Assembly (NCBI GenBank): GCA_016199805.1
Contig: JACQGC010000018.1
Coordinates: 5,219-69,218, forward strand
Length of the DNA stretch: 64,000 bases
Source: Candidatus Nomurabacteria bacterium
GTDB taxonomy: Bacteria > Patescibacteriota > Minisyncoccia > Phycocordibacterales > UBA9973
Direction: 5' to 3'
Shown: piece after piece, positions 56,728 through 64,000 of the stretch
Layout of the letters: each line of letters begins with the position of its first letter
Numbering within the stretch: position 1 is the stretch's first letter
The notes under the pieces: model-generated
The model's database searches: none
Told to the model about the DNA's origin: nothing
The model's input: only the letters and a program-made list of their open reading frames with translations
Made by a program: the position numbers and the translations under genes

Positions 56728-57133
56728 TTTTTATTTTATAATTTGAAACGCCGACAGACGCTTCGACCCCGTTCACATAATAAATCCAACTCATACTATT
56801 ATTATTTTTTATTTCATTTATGCTATCAATGAATTTTCCCATTCCGGTGTACTCTTTTTCAGTAAAGTTAATTTTTTTCTCACTCCGGAGCTTGTCCATA
56901 AAGTCATAAACACTCGTTTCACCCGGTATATCGTCTTTTAGGTCTAATTTCTTTATCTCGGGAGTTGTTTTTGGCGGTGAAAGTACCCCTACCCGTCCTC
57001 CCCCTACGTAGGGGGAGGAGAAAGGAGGGGGTATATACCTAGAATTTTGCTTTTGAATATTTTTATAAACAAAAATAGAGCCCAGACAAGCTATAAGTAA
57101 AACTATTAAAATTATTTTCTTGGTTTTAAACAT
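56684..57133 (-). CDS. DUF4430 domain protein (transcobalamin beta-domain-like)
   Basis: TM, then YVNGVEASVGVSNYKIKIGDMVSWKY C-terminal DUF4430 signature. Start taken at the ATG at 57133 so that the upstream terminator hairpin is not coding. Confidence 0.7.
   Translation of the reverse strand: MFKTKKIILIVLLIACLGSIFVYKNIQKQNSRYIPPPFSSPYVGGGRVGVLSPPKTTPEIKKLDLKDDIPGETSVYDFMDKLRSEKKINFTEKEYTGMGKFIDSINEIKNNNSMSWIYYVNGVEASVGVSNYKIKIGDMVSWKYEKSNF
56997..57018. repeat. palindrome CCTCCCCCTACGTAGGGGGAGG inside the DUF4430 CDS
   Basis: Near-identical to 42384-42406. Encodes SPPYVGGG in-frame. Confidence 0.65.
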
Positions 57134-57140
57134 AAAAAAA

Positions 57141-57325
57141 CTGCCTTGCGGGCAGAATTGGGGAACCTTCACCCTGTCATTCGCGAATGACGGGGTTCAA
57201 ATAAAGAAGAAGGTTTATCCTGCTCGGGACTAATGAAATAATTGGTATTCGGACTTGTTCCCGACCTAAATCGAGACTTACCGTAGCGGCACTGTACTGG
57301 AATCTAACCAGTTTCCCCAATCACT
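57141..57325 (-). promoter_or_regulatory. probable cobalamin riboswitch (aptamer plus intrinsic terminator) upstream of the DUF4430 operon
   Basis: The - strand RNA reads GAUUGGGGAAACUGGUUAGAUUCCAGUACAGUGCCGCUACGGUAAG..., resembling the cobalamin-riboswitch core (AGGGAA, GGUGAAAUUCC, GCAGCGGUAAGG as in E. coli btuB). Its 3' end is CUGCCCGCAAGGCAG plus U7 immediately before the ATG. Confidence 0.55.
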
Positions 57326-57375
57326 TCTTTTGGTTTTTAAATGAACGTCTTTAGTATATACTGGTTTCATACGCT

Positions 57376-57807
57376 ATGTCAAAAAAAGGTGTGGATAAAA
57401 AAATAATGGTCTTTGGAACCTTTGATGGCCTGCATAAAGGGCATCTTAATTTCTTCAAACAGGCTAGACTTTTGCACCAATTTCCAATTCTCGTCGTATC
57501 TATTGCTAGGGATAAAAATGTTTTTAAGATAAAAGGGAAGTATCCGGAATTGAACGAGAGAGCCAGAATGGCTCTGATAAAAAAATGTGCCTTGGTTGAT
57601 AAAGTGGTTTTATCCGGCATAAAAGATCACCTGCCGCACATTACAAGAGAGCATCCGGATATTATAGCGCTCGGTTATGACCAGAGAGATTATGTGCGGA
57701 ATCTTAAAAAAGATTTGAAAAATAAGGGTGTTTTGGTTAGGATTGCGCGCCTGAAACCCTTTAAAGAAAAAAAATATAAAAATCACTTGCTAAAAACAAA
57801 AAGATAA
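57376..57807 (+). CDS. cytidylyltransferase-like nucleotidyltransferase (FAD synthetase / FMN adenylyltransferase-like)
   Basis: VFGTFDGLHKGHLNFF: the (H/T)xGH motif of the nucleotidyltransferase alpha/beta phosphodiesterase superfamily. Confidence 0.65.
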   Translation: MSKKGVDKKIMVFGTFDGLHKGHLNFFKQARLLHQFPILVVSIARDKNVFKIKGKYPELNERARMALIKKCALVDKVVLSGIKDHLPHITREHPDIIALGYDQRDYVRNLKKDLKNKGVLVRIARLKPFKEKKYKNHLLKTKR

Positions 57808-57822
57808 ATATAATTTTATATT

Positions 57823-59112
57823 ATGAAAGATATATTTAAAAATAAAGATTTTCACACTATATTTTTTACAAGTTTTTTATCTCTGCTCGTTGTTATTGTC
57901 GTGGGACTCGGTTTGGTTTGGCGTTTTCGCGGAAATATTTTCGGATGTTTTGCTAAAGAATATTTGGCGGAAACACAAAATGCAAGTGTTGTTGAAAAAG
58001 ATGTTGCTGGAAATACCACCCTAAAGCAGCCCATTTTCTCGCAAGATTCCTTAGTGGTGAACGCCGTAAAAAAAACAAATCCGGCCGTCGTGTCTATAAC
58101 TATATCGCAAGAAGTTCCCAAATATGAGAATTGTATTAATCCAAATCAACAACAACAGCAAAATCCCTTTGGTGACTTATTCCCAGGTTTCAATTTCAAT
58201 ATTCCCCAATATCAGTTGTGTCAAAATGGTACCCAGAAAAAAGAAGTCGGCGGCGGGTCGGGGTTTTTTGTATCGAGTGACGGATTGATTGTAACCAACA
58301 AGCACGTGGTGGACCAAAAAAGTGCGGAGTATACGGTATTTACAAATGACGGTAAAAAACACACGGCTACCATTGTCGCCCGTGACCCGGTTTTGGATAT
58401 TGCTCTTATTAAAATTTCCGGAAGCGGTTTTTCATATTTATCACTGGGAAATTCTGATGATTTGGATGTGGGGCAGAGTGTCATTGCTATAGGTAATGCT
58501 CTCGGAGAATTCAGAAATACCGTTTCCGTGGGGGTAGTCTCGGGACTAGCGCGGTCAGTCACCGCCGGCGACAGTTCTTCCGGAAATACGGAAGTTTTAG
58601 ACCACGTCATTCAAACCGATGCCGCTATCAATCCCGGAAATTCCGGTGGACCTCTTTTAAACCTAAACGGGGAAGTTGTGGGCGTAAACGTCGCCATTGC
58701 CGAGGGTTCCCAAAATATTGGTTTTGCTCTGCCCATAAACAGCGTAAAGAATTCTATTGAATCCGTAAAATCCACCGGTAAAATTGTTCGTCCATATCTA
58801 GGGGTTCGCTATGTGGCCATAAACGCGGACTTGAAAGATAAAAATAATTTAACAGTTGATTACGGAGTACTGGTAAAAGCAGGGGCGACCGCGAGCGACC
58901 TCGCCATCATTCCTGGTTCTCCCGCCGACCGGGCCGGCATAGTGGAAAATGATATTATTTTGGAAATTGACGGAGTAAAGCTGGATGATAATACCAGCTT
59001 GGCTTCGCTTATCAGACAAAAAACCATAGGTCAAGTAATTAACCTAAAAATTATCCACAAGGGCGTGGAAAAAACAGTGTCGGTCACTCTCACTGCCGCG
59101 CCGGATAACTAA
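57823..59112 (+). CDS. htrA: HtrA/DegP-family serine protease with a PDZ domain
   Basis: TM; GSGFFVS...TNKHVV (His), D, GNSGGPLLNLNGEVVGVN (Ser); C-terminal PDZ. Confidence 0.85.
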   Translation: MKDIFKNKDFHTIFFTSFLSLLVVIVVGLGLVWRFRGNIFGCFAKEYLAETQNASVVEKDVAGNTTLKQPIFSQDSLVVNAVKKTNPAVVSITISQEVPKYENCINPNQQQQQNPFGDLFPGFNFNIPQYQLCQNGTQKKEVGGGSGFFVSSDGLIVTNKHVVDQKSAEYTVFTNDGKKHTATIVARDPVLDIALIKISGSGFSYLSLGNSDDLDVGQSVIAIGNALGEFRNTVSVGVVSGLARSVTAGDSSSGNTEVLDHVIQTDAAINPGNSGGPLLNLNGEVVGVNVAIAEGSQNIGFALPINSVKNSIESVKSTGKIVRPYLGVRYVAINADLKDKNNLTVDYGVLVKAGATASDLAIIPGSPADRAGIVENDIILEIDGVKLDDNTSLASLIRQKTIGQVINLKIIHKGVEKTVSVTLTAAPDN

Positions 59113-60260
59113 ATATCCCCCTTCTCGATTGTCGAAGACAAGTAAACTCCATAAAGCATTAGTGTTCCCAAGATTAGAAAGATAAATTTAAATGATGGCA
59201 CCAAGTAAAAAATAGCCAGAGCTGCGAGTGGAGCTACGATGTAGGCCACAGGGGAAGCGCTGCGGTATACCCCGACAAACTCTTCATTTTCCGGTCTGAT
59301 ATGTTTGAAGAAATAAGCGTCACTCATGGATTCCACGGCGGAAGCGCCGATGCGGGTCAAAAAGAGTACGAGTGCCCAGACCAAAACAGTATGCCGGGTG
59401 ATAAAAAAGAGAGATATCGTGGCCAGCGCGGTAATGGCAAAACCAAACATTAATATTTTTCTTTCGCCGACAATGTCGGCATATTTGCCTAATTTAATCG
59501 GTACAAACAAGAAAGGTAAAAGCATGATTGTAAAAATAAGTCCGATTTGTTCCCAGGAAAATCCCAAATGAGCAGATAAATATATCGGGGTATAGATGAC
59601 CATAGCGCAGTAAAAACACTGTAACAAGAAAGTGAGCCCATATGCTCTTAGTAAGTTTTTATTTCTAAAAAATTCACCCACATAATTTGTTATATTTTTT
59701 TTATCATAATTCGGATCGGGTATCTTTTTGAGGTTAAAAAAAGACACGAGGAAAAACAGCAGCATTATGGCAAAACTGGCCAGGTAAATATGCCGGAAAT
59801 CAAAATTTCTGCCGAATATTCCAAAAGATAAGACAGCCAGTATCCAAGCCAAGTTTGACAGCACTATATAAGTGCCCCTGATTTTACCGGTAAGTTTGTC
59901 TTCGGAAAATATTTTCAGTATTTCATCCAGAGAGAAAATTAGCAAAGTGTTTGCGGAAAGAAATACAATGAATAAAACAACCACCAGCCATGTATTATGC
60001 ACAAAAGCGAGTGCTTCAAAAATCATAGCAAAAACAAAAGACACCAAAAGTATAAATTTATATCCTCCCAGTACCCTCCAAATTTTTGGAACAATCAGGA
60101 GCGCTATGATTGAAAAGAACGAACCTAGGGCATACACTATGCCTGCCAGTTTTTCCCCGGTGAAAGAAGAAATAAAACTGGAGTTTATATAAGCAGCTAG
60201 GGCTACCGGAAGAGAATACAAAAACCCGGCCAAATATATTATTTTTCTATTGTGTTGCAT
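59109..60260 (-). CDS. MFS transporter
   Basis: 383 aa with 12 predicted TM. Confidence 0.8.
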   Translation of the reverse strand: MQHNRKIIYLAGFLYSLPVALAAYINSSFISSFTGEKLAGIVYALGSFFSIIALLIVPKIWRVLGGYKFILLVSFVFAMIFEALAFVHNTWLVVVLFIVFLSANTLLIFSLDEILKIFSEDKLTGKIRGTYIVLSNLAWILAVLSFGIFGRNFDFRHIYLASFAIMLLFFLVSFFNLKKIPDPNYDKKNITNYVGEFFRNKNLLRAYGLTFLLQCFYCAMVIYTPIYLSAHLGFSWEQIGLIFTIMLLPFLFVPIKLGKYADIVGERKILMFGFAITALATISLFFITRHTVLVWALVLFLTRIGASAVESMSDAYFFKHIRPENEEFVGVYRSASPVAYIVAPLAALAIFYLVPSFKFIFLILGTLMLYGVYLSSTIEKGDI

Positions 60261-60263
60261 TGT

Positions 60264-62204
60264 TTATACACTCAAAATTACCGGTATGACCAAAGGTCTC
60301 TTGGCGGTTTTCTGATACAAGAACTTGGATATATTTTCTCCGAGGTCTGCCTTGATGATGTCGAAATCCACTACCGGCATTTTGACGACTGCATTTTCTA
60401 TTCCGCTTTTGATTATGATTCTTACCTGGCGCAAAAGCTCTTGGTTTTCTTTGAGGTAAACGAACCCGCGGGAAATCAAATCCGGGGATTTTTTCAGTTT
60501 GCCGGTTTTTTGGTCAATGAGTGCGATGATGACAAACATCCCGTCTTGCGAGAGCATCTGTCTGTCTCGGATTACCACGTCTTGGGTGTCAGAAATGGAA
60601 GTGCCATCTACCAACATATTTCCAGAGGGCGCTTTCTCTTTGCGAGCAGCTATTTTTTGTCCGTCGGCAGATATTTCGATGATAGAACCATTGTCCGGTA
60701 CCACGATATTTTCTTCACTCATACCCAAGTCGACAGCGAGCTCTTTGTGTTTTTCCAAGAAAGAATGGTGTCCGTGAATCGGTATAAAGAATTTTGGATG
60801 AGTCTTGCGGTGTAGCCATTTTATATCTTCTTGGTTGCCGTGACCGGTGGCATGCACGAAATCTTCACCCGCAGTGCGATAACTGATTATTTTAACACCC
60901 TGCCTAGTCAATCCGTCTTTCATTTTTTGGACCTTTAACTCATTGCCCGGGATTATCGAAGCCGAAAGTATTATCGTGTCTCCCTTATGCAGTTTAAATT
61001 TGGTGTGCGATTTATTGGCCGCGCGGTTGAGTGAGGCAAACTCTTCTCCTTGAGCGCCGGTCATCAATATAACCACTTTGTTTGGCGGATAATTATCTGC
61101 ATCTTCTATCGGGATGATGGTGCCTTTTTTAGGAGTGAAAAGTCCGGCTTCTATGGCCACGTCGATGTTTGTCTTCATTGAACGTCCATCGAGAACTATC
61201 TTTTTACCCATTGATTCGGCAAATTTGACTATGAAAGCCAATCGGGTGATGTGAGAAGCAAAGGCGGCGATAATCATCCGGCCACTTACTTTTCTGATTA
61301 GATTTTCAAGTCCTTGGTGCACTTTTATTTCCGGCAAAGAAAAACCTTCGTTTTCAATGTTGGTGGAATCGGTCATCAAGAGGAGCACTTTGGCCTTGTC
61401 AAAAATCGAATATTCTTTTTCTTCTTCTTTAGAAACAATGCCATCCACTTGGTCGAGCTTGTAATCTCCCGGGGTTACTATCCAACCATGCTGTGTTTCC
61501 ACGATTATACCCATAGAGTCGGGAATGGTGTGGGTCACGCCGAAGAATTTAACTTTTATTTTTCCACAAGTCACCACTTCATCTTTTTCCACCATATTTT
61601 CCTTCATGGCTGGCAAGTGTGGAAATTCCGCTTGGCGTTTTCGCATCATCAAGATGGAAAGTTTCCTGGAATAAACAGGTGGGTTGCCGATACGTGAAAG
61701 CACCAAAGGCACGCCACCGATATGGTCGAGGTGTCCGTGAGTTATAAACAATGCTCGTATTTTTTCTTTGCGTTCTTCCAAGTAGGTAGTGTTGGGTATT
61801 ACGTAATCAACACCCGGAGTTGCTTCCGTAGAAAAGTGCATTCCGGCATCGATGATGATGATATCTTCGCCGATTTCAATGGCGGTCATATTTTTACCGA
61901 TTTCTTCCACTCCGCCGAGCGGAATTATACGTACTACTCCGGCTTCCGGCGCGGGAATTTTTGCGCTACTCACATTGCCGGCATTTGAATATTGATTTTT
62001 TGCGCCAAAAGGCCGGGAACCTTTATTTTGCCCAAATCTTTTTTTGGTATATTGGTAAGTGGAGCTCTTGGAAATCCTTTTTGCCCCTCCAGATGTACCT
62101 CGTCCAAATTTTGTATGAGTAATGTCCAGAGGAGTTGTTTTTTGTTCTATTTTTTTCTCATCAACGCTTATTGCGCTGAAAGATAGTCTTGTTTTTTTTG
62201 TCAT
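60264..62204 (-). CDS. rnj: ribonuclease J (beta-CASP metallo-beta-lactamase RNase) with a basic N-terminal extension
   Basis: HGHLDHIGGVP motif, beta-CASP motifs, and an about 80-aa Lys/Gly-rich N-terminal tail. Confidence 0.85.
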   Translation of the reverse strand: MTKKTRLSFSAISVDEKKIEQKTTPLDITHTKFGRGTSGGAKRISKSSTYQYTKKRFGQNKGSRPFGAKNQYSNAGNVSSAKIPAPEAGVVRIIPLGGVEEIGKNMTAIEIGEDIIIIDAGMHFSTEATPGVDYVIPNTTYLEERKEKIRALFITHGHLDHIGGVPLVLSRIGNPPVYSRKLSILMMRKRQAEFPHLPAMKENMVEKDEVVTCGKIKVKFFGVTHTIPDSMGIIVETQHGWIVTPGDYKLDQVDGIVSKEEEKEYSIFDKAKVLLLMTDSTNIENEGFSLPEIKVHQGLENLIRKVSGRMIIAAFASHITRLAFIVKFAESMGKKIVLDGRSMKTNIDVAIEAGLFTPKKGTIIPIEDADNYPPNKVVILMTGAQGEEFASLNRAANKSHTKFKLHKGDTIILSASIIPGNELKVQKMKDGLTRQGVKIISYRTAGEDFVHATGHGNQEDIKWLHRKTHPKFFIPIHGHHSFLEKHKELAVDLGMSEENIVVPDNGSIIEISADGQKIAARKEKAPSGNMLVDGTSISDTQDVVIRDRQMLSQDGMFVIIALIDQKTGKLKKSPDLISRGFVYLKENQELLRQVRIIIKSGIENAVVKMPVVDFDIIKADLGENISKFLYQKTAKRPLVIPVILSV

Positions 62205-62227
62205 TAAGTTTACTTATAGTTTTTATT

Positions 62228-63991
62228 TTAATAATTAGTTGATTTAGTAAAATCACCTTGGGTTGCGAATATTTTCCAGACATTTTCAGTGTCTGTGTAC
62301 CAATGATATACGTTTGAAAAACGGTCTTTGGGGGAGATGACATGGTTTATAGAAAATCCTTTTAGATTTGGAGATACCACATATATGAAATTCGGACTAT
62401 AAAGAAAAACAGCAGGCATATCTTTTCTGATTTCATCCTCAAATTGCGCGTATTTCTTAATCCTAGCTTGTTCATCTATGGTGACAGAAGCGTCTTCCAG
62501 TATTTTGTCCACTTTTACATTGGTATACATGGCTACATTCAGCCCCGGGTCTTTCCGTTGCGTCGAGTGCCAAAAAGCAAACAAGTCTGATTCGTGATTT
62601 ATTATTTCTCCGAACAAAAGAGCGTCATAATTGCGAGGACGGATAACGCTTTGGTTCAAATTGCCAATCTCAAAAGTTTTTATGTCGACTTTCATTCCAA
62701 CATTAGCCAAATCTTGCCTTATCATCTCGGCTGTTTTGGCGAGTTCGGGAGCATTTCCGGTCGAGATGGAAAACTCCAAAGTGGTAACAGTTTTTTTCTT
62801 GCTTTTGTCAGCTGTAGTTTTTTGTAGAAATCCATCGGGTCCTTTTGACCAGCCGTCTTTAGCCAGATTGCTTTGCATTGTTTGTAGTATTTGTTCACGT
62901 GAAGTGTTGCTTGCCTTGGACATTTCTTGAAAGGAGATTACTCCGGGTGGTATAGGGCCATCGATTGCGGTTGCATACCCGAAAAGCACTTCGCGGATTA
63001 TCTTATCTTTATCTATCACTTGGCCTATGGACTTGGTGATGACTTTGTCGGTAAAGAGGCGGTTCTGATTTTGGTTGAAGAAAAGCCCGAAAATTCTCGG
63101 TAACACCGAAGAGTTTATCTCGTAATTTCTTTCCTTTAAAATATCGGCATTGAGCGGGGTGATGGAGCTTATCTGGTCTACCACTCCCGCTTCCAGGGCA
63201 TCCAAGAGGTCGTTCTCGTTTGAATAAAAATATAAATTCAAACTAGCAACATACGGCTCACCCAGTATAAATTTTTTGAACGGTACCAATTCATATGACT
63301 CTATGGCTCCCGATGTTTGCTTGATGACATTTTTTATCATATAAGGTCCGGAGCCGACGGGGGAAGTGTTTGCGTTGTTGAGTTCTATGGCTGAACCACT
63401 CCACAGATAGCTGGGCATGATGCCGATAGTCGCATTTTCCAAAAATGATTGATAAGGTTGTTTCAAGGCGAATTGAATTGTTTTATTGTCTACTTTTGTA
63501 ACCATTACTCCATCCCAGTCCACTTTGTGCGGACTTTTTATAATCGAATCTTTTGCTTCATTTATGGTGAAAAGAACATCATCTGCTGTCACTGGTTTGC
63601 CGTCTTGAAAAAATATTTTGTCTTTTAGAGTAAAAGTGTACATCAAACCATCTTTAGACATTTCATATTTTTCCGCCAAGTCTGGAATCAATGTTCCGTC
63701 TCCGTTTTTCCTCATCAATCCGGAATAAATGAGCGAAGTCATATCCAGGTCGGCCGGAGTACTGGATAGAATCGGATTTATAAAACGGGGAGTTCCGATG
63801 ATACCTTCGGAGATAGTTCCTCCGCGGGAAGGAATACTCACCATCATGGATTTATTTATTTTTTCGAGCATTGAGATGGTGCTTATAAAAAGCAGTGCTA
63901 CAAAAGCAATAAAAAATACCCATTCCTTTTTCGAGAAGGCATTAAAAACAGAATTGATTTGGTCTTTTGTAGGCAATTTAAAACTACTCAT
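62228..63991 (-). CDS. ABC transporter substrate-binding protein, family 5 (peptide/nickel type)
   Basis: N-terminal TM anchor; SBP_bac_5 fold pattern (...LIYSGLMRKNGDG.LIPDLAEKYE.S.DG..YTF.LK....F.DG.P.TA.DV.F). Confidence 0.8.
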   Translation of the reverse strand: MSSFKLPTKDQINSVFNAFSKKEWVFFIAFVALLFISTISMLEKINKSMMVSIPSRGGTISEGIIGTPRFINPILSSTPADLDMTSLIYSGLMRKNGDGTLIPDLAEKYEMSKDGLMYTFTLKDKIFFQDGKPVTADDVLFTINEAKDSIIKSPHKVDWDGVMVTKVDNKTIQFALKQPYQSFLENATIGIMPSYLWSGSAIELNNANTSPVGSGPYMIKNVIKQTSGAIESYELVPFKKFILGEPYVASLNLYFYSNENDLLDALEAGVVDQISSITPLNADILKERNYEINSSVLPRIFGLFFNQNQNRLFTDKVITKSIGQVIDKDKIIREVLFGYATAIDGPIPPGVISFQEMSKASNTSREQILQTMQSNLAKDGWSKGPDGFLQKTTADKSKKKTVTTLEFSISTGNAPELAKTAEMIRQDLANVGMKVDIKTFEIGNLNQSVIRPRNYDALLFGEIINHESDLFAFWHSTQRKDPGLNVAMYTNVKVDKILEDASVTIDEQARIKKYAQFEDEIRKDMPAVFLYSPNFIYVVSPNLKGFSINHVISPKDRFSNVYHWYTDTENVWKIFATQGDFTKSTNY

Positions 63992-64000
63992 ATCAAGTTG

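Noticed and set aside
57141-57340. FMN riboswitch on the + strand in front of the FAD-synthetase-like gene (the reverse complement contains CAGGGUGAAGGUUCCCC)
   Set aside because: The FMN-like block would sit at the 3' end in the wrong orientation. The - strand reading gives a much better cobalamin-aptamer match plus a terminator abutting the DUF4430 start.

Overview
The window is an AT-rich (about 40% GC), gene-dense bacterial segment with mostly short intergenic spacers. The gene content looks like a reduced-genome Candidate Phyla Radiation (Patescibacteria) type organism: many secreted or peptidoglycan-anchored surface proteins, copper resistance, and disulfide and flavin trafficking. The genetic code appears standard (TAA, TAG and TGA all close good ORFs, and an RF2 gene is present).

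Housekeeping genes on the + strand, in order: folD 3' end, PAP2 phosphatase, secD, secF, LemA, TPM-domain protein, gatC, gatA, two CAU-anticodon tRNAs, an intron-containing tRNA-Asp, two tRNA-Thr, a compact prfB, ftsE, ftsX, pyrG. These are followed by an emrRAB-like efflux operon (MarR, two HlyD-type adaptors, MFS), a copper operon (CsoR with a palindromic operator, CopA, an HMA-domain membrane protein, a cupredoxin-like protein), an FMN-binding protein with ApbE, DgkA, a thioredoxin-like protein with a DsbB-like protein, and HtrA. On the - strand are an MFS transporter, RNase J and a family-5 ABC substrate-binding protein.

The non-routine content, in window order:
- A tRNA-Asp(GUC) gene split by a roughly 240-nt group I intron (the conserved R and S core elements are present), with a LAGLIDADG-like ORF that has no canonical start abutting exon 1.
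- A 375-bp insertion carrying a GIY-YIG nuclease gene at the 3' end of tRNA-Gln(CUG), bounded by 18-bp direct repeats that duplicate the tRNA end.
- A second GIY-YIG gene and a DUF559 (Vsr-like) endonuclease gene.
- A Cas2/VapD-like small ORF bracketed by two 32-bp near-identical perfect palindromes, next to a 580-aa cysteine-rich zinc-ribbon protein.
- A probable cobalamin riboswitch on the - strand (aptamer plus terminator), directly upstream of a DUF4430 gene and a prenyltransferase/squalene-oxidase-repeat gene; together these would mimic a split transcobalamin.
- A family of GC-rich 'CCTCCCC...GGGGAGG' palindromic repeats found both in spacers and in-frame inside coding regions.
- A promoter-to-terminator unit of about 170 nt and a further about 300 nt of GC-rich structured non-coding DNA (23.1-23.6 kb); these are candidate small RNAs.
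- A 1-kb GC-rich two-gene cassette flanked by direct repeats.
- Two paralogous cell-surface gene clusters.

No rRNA genes or CRISPR arrays were seen.
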